A DNA stretch of 63,900 nucleotides, the filler included, from Octopus bimaculoides (Eukaryota), in the NCBI RefSeq assembly GCF_001194135.2. It is 5 parts of 5 records of this genome, joined end to end, with 100 filler letters (N's around TTAATTAATTAA, not from the genome) between each part and the next. Parts side by side here need not be neighbours in the genome. Positions count along the whole stretch, not along the records: positions 1 to 25,450 come from NC_068993.1; 4 more parts are not named here. The stretch is one strand, 5' to 3'. Numbering within the stretch: the first letter of the stretch is position 1; every line of letters begins with the position of its first letter. The notes under the pieces are model-generated. The model ran no database searches, was not told where the DNA came from, and saw nothing but the letters and a program-made list of their open reading frames with translations. Of this stretch, positions 1-13,845 are shown in pieces. The position numbers and the translations under genes are program-made.

Positions 1-97
1 AAAAAACGTTGATTGCCTAATTTGAGTCTTTATTGTAATTCTTGTATATGTATATATATATATATATATATATAAATAATTTATATATATATGTGAA

Positions 98-392
98 AAA
101 CAACATTCAAGTGAGGTCGTTGCCAGAGCCGCTGGACTGGCTCCTGTGAAGGTGGCATGTAAAAACACCATTTGAGCATGGCTGTTGCCAGTACTGTTTC
201 ACTGGCCCTCGTGCTGGTGGCACATAAAAGCACCCACTACGCTCTTGGAGCGGTTGGCATTAGGAAGGGCATCTAGCTGTAGAATCTCTGCCAGATCAGA
301 TTGGAGCCTGGTACAGCCATCTGGTTCGCCAGTCCTTAGTCAAGCTGTCCAACCCATGCTAGCATGGAAAGCAGATGCTAAACGATGATGAT
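98..392 (+). mobile_element. 3' tail copy of the RTE LINE at 41.5-43.5 kb (5'-truncated/SINE-like)
   Basis: Colinear with 43200-43505 (ggttggcattaggaagggcatc...ccaacccatgctagcatggaaa), ends in a (GAT)n tail. Confidence 0.85.
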
Positions 393-559
393 GATAATGA
401 TGTATTATTAACAACTAAGAAATTTATGCATACACACACACACACACACATAAAAATATGTGTATATGAGTGTACATGTAAATAAAAGAAGTTAAGAAAA
501 TTTACTTTGAATTCAATCTCACTGTACACCACCTAGTGCAAGTGTTGTCTACTATACCA

Positions 560-1085
560 TGATGATGATAATGATGATGATAACAACGATGATGATGACA
601 ATGACAATGATCAGAACGATGACAACAACGACAAAGATGATGATGATGATGAGGACAACTGCAATGATGATGAAGTGATGATGATGATGATGATAACAAT
701 GATGACCACAATGATAGTGATGTTGATGATAATGATGAATATGGTGATGAAGTTGATGATGACGACGATGACGATGATGATGATGATGATGATGATGACA
801 ATGATGATGATGATAACAATGACGACCACAATGATGGCGATGTTGATAATGATGAATAAGGTGATTAAGTTGATGATGATGACGACGATGATAATGATGA
901 TGATGAAAACAACTGCAATGATGATTAGGTGATGATGATGATGATGATAACAGTGGCGACCACAATGATGGTGATGATGATGATAATATGAATATGGTGT
1001 TGAAGTTGATGACGATGATGAAGACGATAACGACGATGACGATGACATGATGATAATGATGATTATGGTGATGATGGGATAATAA
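560..1085. repeat. Compound (ATG)n microsatellite with higher-order repeats
   Basis: ATG/ATA/ACG triplets; blocks such as acaactgcaatgatgat and gaccacaatgat recur; overlapping poly-H/I/M/S ORFs are artefacts. Confidence 0.95.
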
Positions 1086-1500
1086 CGATGACGACAGGAA
1101 TGGCATAAAATCAATCCCTTAAATAGTAGCAAATGCCTTATTAGTAGTGACTGCTGCATGGGACTATTCCATACTAAGATATCAGGGGACATATGTCTCT
1201 CACTATTAAATGTTCAATTCGTTTGTCAATGTCAATAACATAATTTTTTTCCTGTTTTAAAAACCTTCTGTAATATTTATAAACATAGCATTCTGACATT
1301 TAAGCGTTGAAGTTATTTTACAAAACCGTATTCAAGTTTCGTGTACAATGATCCCTAAGGGCTTTGGTTGCCATGTAGATCCGTCATGAATTCACAAATC
1401 CTCAAACATAATTTTTTCGCAATAAATCCTACATCACATTCCTACTACTACACCCAAAATCGCAATCAAACAAACAAACAAACGAAATGATTGTGTGAAT

Positions 1501-1950
1501 AGGTACTTGTGTGGTTGTGTGGTAAGAAGCTTGCTTCTCAACCACATGGTTCCAAGTTCAATCCCACTGTGTGGAACCCTGGGCAAGTGTCTTTCTTCTG
1601 TTATAGTCTTGGGCTGACCTAGAGCTTTGTGAATTGATACGGTTGACAGAAACTGAAAGAAGCCCATCGTATATACATATATACAGACACACACATGTGT
1701 GTCTGTGTATGTATATATGTATGTATGTTTGTCTTTATGTCTGTCTTTGTCCCCCCACCACGGCTTGACAACTGGTGTTGGTTTGTTTACATCCCAATAA
1801 CTTAGCGGTTTGGTGAAAAAAGGCTGATAGAATAAGTACCAGGCTTTTAAAAAAATAATCGCTAGGGTTGATTCATTCAACTAAAAGTTTTTCAAGGTGG
1901 TGCCCCAGCATGGTCACAGTCTAATGATTGAAACAAATAGAAAATAAAAG
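1501..1950 (+). mobile_element. tRNA-derived SINE, family A (head + internal microsatellite + tail)
   Basis: A-box-like tgtgtggtaagaag, B-box-like gttcaatccc; many homologous copies in the window (8198, 28951, 31115, etc.). Confidence 0.85.
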
Positions 1951-2004
1951 TTTACCAACTCAGTGAAAATCTACCACAAAATATCCAAACAAGAAATTCT
2001 TATT

Positions 2005-2195
2005 GTCTTCGTACTCTAGGCACGAGACCTGAAGTTTTATTAGGGAAGTGGGGTCCAGTTGATTCCTTTGAGCTCAAGTTGTAATTACTTTATCGATCCT
2101 GCAAAAATGAAAGGCAAAGCTGCACTTAGCCGAATTTGAACTTAGAACGCAAACTATAGGATATACTGCTAAGCATTTTGTCCAGTCTGCCCAAT
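2005..2195 (-). mobile_element. tRNA-derived SINE, family B
   Basis: Reverse complement matches 24070-24285 and 24535-24745 (gttctgagttcaaatt...gcctttcatc...aagtaccag). Confidence 0.75.
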
Positions 2196-2283
2196 GATGT
2201 CTTCACACATATTGTCTATAAAGAGAATTGTCACCTGAGACTTTCTGCAACAAAAAAAGAGTTTCTATGTCCAAGTGTCTTCA

Positions 2284-2441
2284 TTTATAATATACAAGTG
2301 TATATCATCACTGGCTATGATATACAACTTAATGTCTCTGCTTACAATATATAACAGAGCATCACTGGTTATGATATACAACTGAATGTCTCTGGTTACA
2401 ATATACAACTAAATGGCTCTGGCTACAATATACAACTGAAC
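2284..2441. repeat. 27-bp minisatellite, about 5-6 units
   Basis: ctggttacaatatacaactgaatgtct-like unit repeated from 2311 with 27-bp spacing. Confidence 0.85.
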
Positions 2442-3339
2442 TTCTTGAAATAGAAATGATGTGAAAGATAAACTGAAGAAGAAGACAAAGAGAACAATTA
2501 TACAGTGTTGATAAAAAAATCCAAGATAAAAAATAAAAAAAAAAGACTTCTTAAGAATTGCTAGATAGAGATTTTAATCTTGAGACAATGTTTTATAATA
2601 AATGGATGATAGAGAAGATAATTTTTCACAAAATCCAAACAACAAATAATAGTAATGTCTAATTTGATCTTGTCTTTTAGTAAAGAATACTCAGGAATAA
2701 AGGGCGAATCTAATTATCACCAAAAAAATGAAAAAAAAAAGCATAAAAAAACAGTAAAAAGAAAAGCAAAAAAATCATGTATGAAAAGACAAATGAAATA
2801 ATTCAATAAAATTTTTTAAAATCTGGAAGAAGTTCTCTCTGATGGTAAAAAGGATAACATAACATATAAAAGATTATATCTGTAATATTGTGAGTCAATT
2901 TATTTGGTTTTTCTGTTCAATATTTACCAATGAATTCAGAGTTAAGTAGCTTTATTTTAAAATATAGAATATAGCCCCATGTGTAGTATGTTAAGGCAAG
3001 GTTTAAGAGTGTTAAGTTCAAATTTGGCTTGAGGCTTTTGAATACCGATTTCCCCCCATCTTTCTTTTGTTATTTTTTTGTTTCTTTGATAGAAAGACTT
3101 TAATTAATTTAGATTGAATAAATGAGCAATTAAGTCTTTGTCTTAGTCACTTACTCAACTCAACTCTTTGGACCCTCACTCACTCTTGTAATAGAACTTT
3201 CATCCAGTTAGATCAGGAAGAAAGTAATTAATCACTTCAAAAGGCTATCCATAGTCTACAGACATAAACTAGAGATGTGTATGCTTTTGAAACACTATAT
3301 ATACCTGTAAATATTCTTCCTGATAAAAGAATGAATGTA

Positions 3340-3464
3340 TGTATCTGTCTGTCTGTCTATTTATATACCTGTCTGTCTGTTAGTTTATCTGTCTGTTAGT
3401 TTGTCTGTCTGTTAGTTTGTCTGTCTCTTAGTTTGTCTGTCTGTTAGTTTGTCTGTCTATCTAA

Positions 3465-3495
<31 letters not shown>

Positions 3496-3597
3496 ACTGT
3501 CTGTCTGTCTATCTATCTATCTAACTGTTTGTCTGTCTGTCTGTCTATCTATCTATCTAACTGTTTGTCTGTCTGTCTGTCTATCTATCTATCTAAC
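3340..3597. repeat. (TCTG/TCTA)n tetranucleotide microsatellite
   Basis: Direct inspection; continues at 4386-4545 on the other side of the Tx1 fragment. Confidence 0.95.
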
Positions 3598-3849
3598 NNN
3601 NNNNNNNNNNNNNNNNNNNNNNNNNNNNNNNNNNNNNNNNNNNNNNNNNNNNNNNNNNNNNNNNNNNNNNNNNNNNNNNNNNNNNNNNNNNNNNNNNNNN
3701 NNNNNNNNNNNNNNNNNNNNNNNNNNNNNNNNNNNNNNNNNNNNNNNNNNNNNNNNNNNNNNNNNNNNNNNNNNNNNNNNNNNNNNNNNNNNNNNNNNNN
3801 NNNNNNNNNNNNNNNNNNNNNNNNNNNNNNNNNNNNNNNNNNNNNNNNC

Positions 3850-4386
3850 TAGTGGACACATCTGAAAGGATTAGAGACAAACACTTTCCTCTCTGGTGAA
3901 TCTCTCATCAACTGCTCCAAGTATCACTTGAAGAGGAAAGTGAGAGTAGAGAGGAAAGTTTTGTCTAGTGAATGTTTCAAAAAAAAAAGATGGGTGAATG
4001 TAGCAAGGATAGCACGTGTGAATGACGAAGCCACCTTGAGTATGATCCTATAAGCCGGAAAAAAAAAACAAAAAAAAGAAAGTTTAAACAGAGAGTTACC
4101 TACTCATAAATAAATGTGTTAATAATATATGACATTATTGCCCAAGGTTACCGTGGTTTTTTTGTAGGTTTTTCTTTCCATGAATAAACCTTCCCATTTT
4201 TTGTGAACTTTTTGTATCATTTTGACTTTTTTTGTATATCCCAAACGATTTTGATCCCTTTTGATTGTTGTCCCCAATTCTGATTTTTAAAATTATTTTG
4301 TTTGTTTTTCGCCCCCCCCCCTCGAAAAGAAAAACTCTACATAGTATTTGTCCCCTCTATGTTCAGTCATGTGTGGCCAATAAAGT
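3850..4386 (+). mobile_element. Tx1/L1-clade retrotransposon 3' end (ORF2 C-terminus + 3'UTR)
   Basis: Translates THLKGLETNTFLSGESLINCSKYHLKRKVRVERKVLSSECF..RWVNVAR, homologous to the ORF2 end at 51980-52144 (YHLKSKVELERRHLS); the UTR ends in AATAAAG like the 53.8-kb copy. Confidence 0.8.
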
Positions 4387-4607
4387 TGTCTGTCTGTCTA
4401 TCTGTCTGTCTGTCTATTTATCTATCTATCTATCCATCCATCTATCTATCTGTCTGTCTGTCTGTCTGTCTGTCTATTTATCTAACTATCCATCCATCTA
4501 TCCGTCTGTCTGTCTCTCTATTTGTCTATCTATCTATCTATCTAACCATGCATACATGCATGTATGTATATGTATCTGTTTATATATGCATACATACATA
4601 CATATGT

Positions 4608-4881
4608 TTATCTTATCTTTAGTTTTTAGTTGTTTCTGTCATTGGACTATGGCCATGCTGGGGCACTGACTTGAAATGTTTAATTGAACAAATGGATTCT
4701 GGTAGTTACTTTGCAAGCCTGACACTTATTCAATCAAAATCTTTTGCTGCACTGCTAGGTTATGTGGATATAAACAAACCAACACCGATTATCAAGTGGT
4801 GGTGGGAGACAAATGCATACGTAAAGAGACACAGATAGATATATATGCATATATGTGTGTGTGTGTGCATGTGTGCATGCC

Positions 4882-4914
<33 letters not shown>

Positions 4915-5065
4915 ACATGCACTACAAGTTTCATTCAGTTTCTGTCAACCAAATCTGCTCAAAAGGCTTTGGTTGGCCTGGAGCTATAGAAGAAAACTAC
5001 TTGTTCCAGGTGCTATGCATTGGGACTGAACTTGGAACCATGTGGTTGGGAAGATTGTTGTAGAG
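4608..5065 (-). mobile_element. SINE family A
   Basis: Reverse complement of the 1501-1950 structure, with internal (TG)n. Confidence 0.8.
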
Positions 5066-5094
5066 TTCAAATTCCAAAATTGGAGGCAGACCCG

Positions 5095-5350
5095 CCATTA
5101 TCTTCAGCATGTATAGTACTGTATATCCCTCATGTCTCCTCTCCAGGGAGTAGAGTCCCAGTTGACCTCAATCTCTCCCAGTAGCCCATGTGTTTTGCTG
5201 AGTCTATCTTCTTTGTGAAGTGGCGTTGGATTGCTTCTAGTTCCGCAATTAGTTTTAAACTCTGTGGGGACCACAGTTGGGAACATTAGTCCAAACGACT
5301 AAGGACAAAGGTTCTCCAAAGCAGAAGCATTGTGTCTCTGTTCCTGGTCC
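5095..5350 (-). pseudogene. CR1-clade LINE ORF2 C-terminal fragment
   Basis: TMLLLWRTFVLSRLD*CSQLWSPQSLKLIAELEAIQRHFTKKI..MGYWERL matches the CR1 post-RT motif (LDYCSQLWSP...LEAIQR.FTK.I...Y.ERL). Confidence 0.85.
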
Positions 5351-6044
5351 CGAGAGAGAGAAAGAGAGATAGAGAGAGAGAAATAGAGATAGAGAAAGAG
5401 AGAGAGAAATAGGTAGATAGATAGATAAAGAGATATAAACGTTTGAAGGAATGTATATTTATGGACAATATATTACCAGATCTCCAAGAACTGATTACGT
5501 GAGTATTATTTAAATCTGTCTCACTTTGCAGATCTCACACCAAAATCATTACCTGGAAAACATTTCTATAAAGATTCCATGAAACTGTTTATATGATTCC
5601 ATGTATGTATATATATATATATGTGCATATGTGTATATGTATACATGTATTTGTGTGTGTGAGTATGAGATTGTATTTCCCTTCATCTTAACATGTTTGC
5701 ATGCTGTTATAAACACAGGCCTCACTGTTCACACAGATGGTGTCATCTATTTGTAATCCACCATGAAAATATATCCAGGTTGTTTTTTGTTTTGTTTTTT
5801 TTTGTTTTTTTTTTGTCATGTATTGACATGCTTTGCTCTAACTGTAAACAAAAGACAGTGCATACAAATGGTGCACAAACATGACCAAACTGTGTGCTAT
5901 TTGACAGATTAGGGGGATAATTATGTTGCTTGGAAACAAGTGAGTGTTGGTGTCAGCGACAGCATCCAGCTGTAGAGAACACTGCATCTATGCAGTCTCA
6001 CCTGAGTCATGCAAGCATGAAAAAGAAGTAGATCTTAAAACAAT

Positions 6045-6320
6045 GATGACAAGGAGGAGGATTGTGGTGATGGTGATGATGATGATGACAATGATGATGA
6101 AGATGATGACAATGATGGTAGTGGTGATGAAGATGATGATGATAAAGATGGTAATGATGATCATCATGAGACTGATGAGAGGTGAATGATGTTGGCGATG
6201 ATGAAGATGAGGACAATGATGGTAGTGGTGATGGCGATGATAATGATGATGCTGATGAAGACGACGAAGATGATGATGATATTGGTGATGGTAGTGGTGG
6301 TGATGATGATGATGATGATA
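6045..6320. repeat. (ATG)n compound microsatellite
   Basis: Direct inspection. Confidence 0.95.
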
Positions 6321-7194
6321 TATATCAAAGATTTACGCTAAGAAAGAAAGAAATTCTTTAAATTTAAATAATGATAATTGAGTGATTGAGTCAGTTGTTT
6401 TATTAAGTCTGCATTGAGCTCCAATTATTGACATTGTACAAAAACTATATTTTTGTACATGAACTAACACTCTAAGGAGTCACTCAATGATATAACTACT
6501 ATTTTATCTCGGCAAAATATTTCATATCGTCCATTTGTTACAGTTTGTAATCATGATAATTAGCGCATGGTTTCAGTTTTGAGGAAAAAGGGTGCATTAT
6601 CTCCTTGATCAAGACACTCCATTTCATGTTGTTGCAGTCTGCTCAGCTGAAAATAGGAGTACCAGCTGACTGCTTGTGTAAAGTGCTTTCCTTCTTGCTG
6701 TCACATATTCATTAAACCACTGAGAGAGTTAAGAAAGTGTCAATGTCTGCTAGTGATTACATTGGCACCTGCAACACTCAATGAAAGCATGGTACATATT
6801 CCAATGTTATACACACTTGGAAGTATTGTGGAGAATTATTATACAGGCATTCGCTGTAAATAGTGTGACATCAAGTGTGGAAGAACAGATAATAATAAGG
6901 CAAATATTTAATGATCTTTTTTAATATTCAATTAATTTTCAAGAATTAACAATGTGATAATTAAGGTGTTAATAGCAATGATGATAATAATCATGATAAA
7001 GAAGATGATAACAATAAAATCACAAAAATTATAATGAAGACAACTATTTCTTCAATTAGAATATAAACCACAAAGTTGTAATGGAGGAGGGGAGGAGGGA
7101 CAATGGGGATTGAATAGGCTGTACGATATGATAGATAAGGAGTAGATTTTTTTATTTCATCTAGAAAAACGAAGGGGAAATATACAAAAATGAA

Positions 7195-7233
<39 letters not shown>

Positions 7234-7436
7234 ATACATATATATTGATATACTAATATATATATATATTGTATATATATATATATTGATATACTAATAT
7301 ATATATATATTGTGTAGATATATATATTGATATACTAATATATATATATATATATGTACACATATATATATTGATATACAAATAAATATATATATATATA
7401 TGTATACATATATATATATATATATANNNNNNNNNN

Positions 7437-7473
<37 letters not shown>

Positions 7474-8197
7474 GTAGATATAGAGATACACACACACGTG
7501 TGTGTCTGTCTATATGTGTGTATATATGTGTATATGAATATATTTATATCTATATGCCTATATACGTATTTATCTCTTTTTCTTACTTCCCCGATGCACA
7601 TACACATATATAAACACACACATACATGCACATACACACGCACACACACACACACACTAGATGGTGTAAACTTTAAAGATTTTTCAGCATCAGAGCTGTG
7701 AAAAAAAAGAAGAAAATTAACTGTTTCACCTCATTGATATTAAAATGTAAAGAGAATAAAATTTCATTTAAATTTCTTGGCTTTTACAAAATATTTAAGC
7801 CAGCATCTTTAAAGAGCTAACATTTACCATATTTCTATTCTTCCTAATGCTGCCATATTTTGGTTTAAAAGCGAAAAAAAAAAACCCATTTAAAAAGAAA
7901 CAATTGCCAAAATTGGCTTTGTATTGTATTTTCAGTTCCTGCAAAGTTTAAAGCAAAATGATAAAAAAAAAAAAACAAAAAAAAAAAACGGAATTAACAG
8001 ATATTTAATTATTCAATTGTTCCCACTTAATTTTGAGTTAATTCTTCACAAAAAACAAATAAAACGAATGATTTTTATACATATTTCTGATGCAGATAAA
8101 TACGAATTCTTCACACATGCAAAAAATAGAAGGAAAAAATATGATGGTTCTATGGTTTCCATAAATTTTGAGTTAGTGTGAGATAAAATTTATTTAT

Positions 8198-8359
8198 AGG
8201 CACAGGCATGGCTGTGTGGTAGGAAGTTTGCTTCTGGATCACAAGATTCTGAGTTCAGTCCTACTGTGTGGCACTTTAAGCGAGTGTCTTTCATTATAGC
8301 TTTGGGTCAACCAGAGCCTTGTGAGTGGATTTCACTGGTGGAAACTGAAAGAAGCCTGC

Positions 8360-8399
<40 letters not shown>

Positions 8400-9400
8400 T
8401 ACATATCATCATCATCATCATCATTTAACATGTTTTCTGTTAAATGATGATGATAATGATGATATACATATATAATAGNNNNNNNNNNNNNNNNNNNNNN
8501 NNNNNNNNNNNNNNNNNNNNNNNNNNNNNNNNNNNNNNNNNNNNNNNNNNNNNNNNNNNNNNNNNNNNNNNNNNNNNNNNNNNNNNNNNNNNNNNNNNNN
8601 NNNNNNNNNNNNNNNNNNNNNNNNNNNNNNNNNNNNNNNNNNNNNNNNNNNNNNNNNNNNNNNNNNNNNNNNNNNNNNNNNNNNNNNNNNNNNNNNNNNN
8701 NNNNNNNNNNNNNNNNNNNNNNNNNNNNNNNNNNNNNNNNNNNNNNNNNNNNNNNNNNNNNNNNNNNNNNNNNNNNNNNNNNNNNNNNNNNNNNNNNNNN
8801 NNNNNNNNNNNNNNNNNNNNNNNNNNNNNNNNNNNNNNNNNNNNNNNNNNNNNNNNNNNNNNNNNNNNNNNNNNNNNNNNNNNNNNNNNNNNNNNNNNNN
8901 NNNNNNNNNNNNNNNNNNNNNNNNNNNNNNNNNNNNNNNNNNNNNNNNNNNNNNNNNNNNNNNNNNNNNNNNNNNNNNNNNNNNNNNNNNNNNNNNNNNN
9001 NNNNNNNNNNNNNNNNNNNNNNNNNNNNNNNNNNNNNNNNNNNNNNNNNNNNNNNNNNNNNNNNNNNNNNNNNNNNNNNNNNNNNNNNNNNNNNNNNNNN
9101 NNNNNNNNNNNNNNNNNNNNNNNNNNNNNNNNNNNNNNNNNNNNNNNNNNNNNNNNNNNNNNNNNNNNNGTGTGTGTATGTATGTGTCTTTGTGTCTGTG
9201 TTTGTCCCCTATCACCACTTGACAACTGGTGTTGGTGTGTTTACATCCCTGTAACTTAGCAGTTCAGCAAAGAGAGCAATGGAATAAGAACTATGCTTAA
9301 AAATAATTCCTGGGGTTAAACTGTTCAGCAAAATCACTTCGATGTGATGCTCCAGCATGGCCACAGTCAAATGACTGAAACAAGGAAAATAGAATGAAAA
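8198..9400 (+). mobile_element. SINE family A (head 8198-8365, tail 9170-9400, assembly gap between; possibly two copies)
   Basis: Homology to 1501-1950. Confidence 0.7.
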
Positions 9401-9422
9401 ACGAATTTGTATATGTATTTAT

Positions 9423-9478
<56 letters not shown>

Positions 9479-10009
9479 TGTCTATGAATTTAAGCATTTA
9501 TGTATCTAGGCACGTAAATGTTTGTTTGTTTGTAGTACGTGTGTGTATTTGTGTGTGTGTGTGTGTGTAACTATAAATCATTTGACTTTATTTGATCAAG
9601 AGTTCCATTTCAAAGGCAGGAAATTGAAGTTGAAGGTTCTGGCAATGGAGCAGTCTGTAAGAACTTTTTTTTAAGCAGCAGCACCTTTGGAGAACAGAAC
9701 TGGGGGAAGGGAAGAAACGAGGGCCATTCAGGTATGGTTTGACGTCTCACCTGCTGTCATCTCACCTGTCATCTTATTTCTTCTTAGTTATTATTGCTTT
9801 CAGATTACAATCTGAAATAACAAAGGTGTAAACTCAATGGCTAATGTCACACACACATATACATGCGCATACATACATGCATACATACATATACACACAA
9901 ACAGATACATGCACATACACATGCATGCATATGCATATGTCTCCTGTTGTTTCGGCTACAAAATGTAGGAAGAGGGCAACAATTCAAAAATGGGAGAATG
10001 TTGGAGAAT

Positions 10010-10988
10010 GAAGAGAGAAAGAGAAAAGGAGAGACAGAGAGAGAGATGGAAGCTTAGAGAGGGAAAGAGAAAGTGTAGGAGAATGAAGAGAGAGAGAGAG
10101 AGAGTGAGAAAGTGAGAGAGAACAAAGAAAGAGAGAGAGAGAGATAGATAGTGAAAGGAAGTGAGAGAGAGAGAGAGAAAAAGTGATTGAGACAAAGAAA
10201 GAAAGAGAGAAAATGTGAGGGAGAGAGAGAAAGTGAGTGAGAGAAAGTCGGAGAGAGAGAGAGAAAGTGCGAGAGAGAGAGAAAATGAGAGAGAGAGAGA
10301 GAGAAAAGAAAGAAAGAAAGGGAGAGAAGTGAAAGGGTGAGGGTGAAAGGAGAGAGCTGAAGGAGAGGGTGGTGGTGGCAAAGGATGATGGTAAGAGGAA
10401 GGATGACATGGAGACAAAGACAGAAAAGTAATGTGAAAGGAAACAGGGAATGATGGGAAGAGAGGGGGGTGAGATTGTGTGTGAGGGGGGAGTTGTCAAA
10501 ACATAGCAGGAAAGATGACATGATGACAAGAATGGAAGGAAACAGAAACTCATGGAGGCAGGGCAGGGGCTAGAGGAGAGAAGAGAGGGAGGAGGAGGAG
10601 AGAGAGAGAGAGAGAGAGAGAGGGAAGAAGAAAAGAAGAGAGAAGTGTGAGGGAAGGGAAAGACAAAAGGATAGAAAGAGAGGAAGGTAGAGAGAAGAAA
10701 AAAGAGAAAGAATGGAGAGATTAGGAAGAGAGGAGAGACAGAGAGAGAATTAGGGAAAGGAGAAGAGAGAGAGAGAGAGNNNNNNNNNNNNNNNNNNNNN
10801 NNNNNNNNNNNNNNNNNNNNNNNNNNNNNNNNNNNNNNNNNNNNNNNNNNNNNNNNNNNNNNNNNNNNNNNNNNNNNNNNNNNNNNNNNNNNNNNNNNNN
10901 NNNNNNNNNNNNNNNNNNNNNNNNNNNNNNNNNNNNNNNNNNNNNNNNNNNNNNNNNNNNNNNNNNNNNNNNNNNNNNNNNNNNNNNN

Positions 10989-11016
<28 letters not shown>
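10010..11016. repeat. (AG)n / purine-rich low-complexity tract, interrupted by a gap
   Basis: Direct inspection. Confidence 0.9.
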
Positions 11017-11020
<4 letters not shown>

Positions 11021-11349
11021 CCTACTTTGAAGGAGATTAATATTTTGTATTTTTTTGAAATTATGAAATTAAAAAATTGTCTCTCCTGAAAAAGTCTCAA
11101 AACTTCTGGAATGGATCCCATATATGGAGAAGATCACCATCAGAAAGATATATAAAAAAATATGTGAAAAATCGTTTATAGAGTCCGCTGGGCAAAAGCT
11201 ACTAGAAAGACAGACTCAGACTATTTTGCTCATATATATATGTGTGTGTACAAATAAGAGACTGATAGAATAACTACTAAGCTTAGAAATGAATAAGTCC
11301 TGGGGTCAATTTCTTTGACAAAAAGGCTTTAAGGTGGTTCTCCTGCATG

Positions 11350-11990
11350 CACTACTGCCTGGCATTCATGCCGGAAGCTCCAATACGAACGTTTCAGAGT
11401 GTTTAGGTGTCAATCAGAGGACATGTACCAAAAGTGATAAAAATCAAACATCCAGGCAACATCATAGTGCTTCAAGGGCTCATTAGTGATGGCAACGTTA
11501 TGCCTCCATTCATCTTCCCACACCTCCTCAAACTCAACATGGAGACCCATATGAAGTGCTTGGAGGACGTAGTGCTGCCTTGAGTTGAGAGGGTGGCTGC
11601 TGGAAAACCCTATATCTTGCAACAGGACTCTGCACCATGCCACACAAGCAAGGGAACCCAGTCATGGCTGTCAGACAATTTCTGTGACCACATCACCCCT
11701 AACATGTGGTCACTTAACTCCCCAGTCTGCAACCCCCATGATTATTATGTGTGAGGCACAGTTGAGTGAGAGACCATCAAAACACCTTTTAACACCAAAA
11801 ATGAACTGAAGACAAGGATTATGGCAGCATTCACCAACTTAAACAAGGGGACCATCCAAAAGAGTTGCAGGGGGCCATGGTTGAAGCCAATGGCAATTTT
11901 ATTGAATAAATTTACTCTTTAGTATTTCAAGATATTTTTTATGTAATTTTAGTAAATATATCTGTTAAAATGTGATGTCAGTGTTATTTT
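11350..11990 (+). mobile_element. maT-family (DD37D) Tc1/mariner transposon remnant, internally deleted
   Basis: 11425-11909 translates with stops to ..GKPYILQQDSAPCHTSKGTQSWLSDNFCDHITPNMWSLNSPVCNPHDYYV..; 37 residues between the last two Asp; an N-terminal HTH piece (AGSSNTNVSECLGVNQRT) is fused directly upstream. Confidence 0.85.
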
Positions 11991-12035
11991 CATTTTTGCA
12001 TAATTCAGATGACAATGTATCTATCTATCTATCAA

Positions 12036-12084
<49 letters not shown>

Positions 12085-13069
12085 NNNNNNNNNNNNNNNN
12101 NNNNNNNNNNNNNNNNNNNNNNNNNNNNNNNNNNNNNNNNNNNNNNNNNNNNNNNNNNNNNNNNNNNNNNNNNNNNNNNNNNNNNNNNNNNNNNNNNNNN
12201 NNNNNNNNNNNNNNNNNNNNNNNNNNNNNNNNNNNNNNNNNNNNNNNNNNNNNNNNNNNNNNNNNNNNNNNNNNNNNNNNNNNNNNNNNNNNNNNNNNNN
12301 NNNNNNNNNNNNNNNNNNNNNNNNNNNNNNNNNNNNNNNNNNNNNNNNNNNNNNNNNNNNNNNNNNNNNNNNNNNNNNNNNNNNNNNNNNNNNNNNNNNN
12401 NNNNNNNNNNNNNNNNNNNNNNNNNNNNNNNNNNNNNNNNNNNNNNNNNNNNNNNNNNNNNNNNNNNNNNNNNNNNNNNNNNNNNNNNNNNNNNNNNNNN
12501 NNNNNNNNNNNNNNNNNNNNNNNNNNNNNNNNNNNNNNNNNNNNNNNNNNNNNNNNNNNNNNNNNNNNNNNNNNNNNNNNNNNNNNNNNNNNNNNNNNNN
12601 NNNNNNNNNNNNNNNNNNNNNNNNNNNNNNNNNNNNNNNNNNNNNNNNNNNNNNNNNNNNNNNNNNNNNNNNNNNNNNNNNNNNNNNNNNNNNNNNNNNN
12701 NNNNNNNNNNNNNNNNNNNNNNNNNNNNNNNNNNNNNNNNNNNNNNNNNNNNNNNNNNNNNNNNNNNNNNNNNNNNNNNNNNNNNNNNNNNNNNNNNNNN
12801 NNNNNNNNNNNNNNNNNNNNNNNNNNNNNNNNNNNNNNNNNNNNNNNNNNNNNNNNNNNNNNNNNNNNNNNNNNNNNNNNNNNNNNNNNNNNNNNNNNNN
12901 NNNNNNNNNNNNNNNNNNNNNNNNNNNNNNNNNNNNNNNNNNNNNNNNNNNNNNNNNNNNNNNNNNNNNNNNNNNNNNNNNNNNNNNNNNNNNNNNNNNN
13001 NNNNNNNNNNNNNNNNNNNNNNNNNNNNNNNNNNNNNNNNNNNNNNNNNNNNNNNNNNNNNNNNNNNNN

Positions 13070-13780
13070 NNNNACACACATATGTTTATATATACATGTA
13101 TGCATGTATGTTTGTTTGTATGTGTGTATGTAAATTTATGCGTATGTAGAAAAAATATATGGGTATGTATATATAGATATACATTACATGTATGTACATA
13201 TGCATATGGGTGTAGGTGTATATTTGTATTCAGTTAGGTACATGTACACACACATAGACAAACATATATGGATTTGTGCATGTGTGTATATATAGATTTA
13301 AATACATATATATATATATATATATGCATGTACGCACGTGCAAAAATATTTATTTATACATATATATATATATATATATACATAGATAGATATAGACATA
13401 GATATGTATGTATAAACACCCATGTGTGTATATTTATTGATAATTTTTATAAAGTGTTTCATAAAAGCAGTGGTTTTTAGAGGACTTTCTTTTACTAAAC
13501 TAATAAAAAATATACACCTTTAAAACACAGGACATCAGCATATTCATATGTATGTCTGTGTGTGTGTGTGTGTATGTATGAGTGTGTATGTATGTATGAG
13601 TGTGTGTACAGTTATCTACATGATATATGTCTATAGATATCTATAATGTAGATATGCATATGCATGTATATTTCATATATACATGCATACATATACGTAT
13701 ATACACACGTATATATATATATATATATATATGTATATGTATACATAATATGAATATATAAATATATATATATATGTATC

Positions 13781-13845
<65 letters not shown>

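Noticed and set aside
502-1192. Long poly-S/H/I/M ORFs here and YI/CV/LS-rich or X-filled ORFs throughout the ORF track
   Set aside because: Translations of microsatellites and assembly gaps
9676-9731. Other isolated splice-signal pairs (9676-9731 +, 7657-7695 -, 19840-19935 +, 30320-30372 -, 35627-35650 -)
   Set aside because: Short, weak or frame-ambiguous; cannot be supported without transcript data
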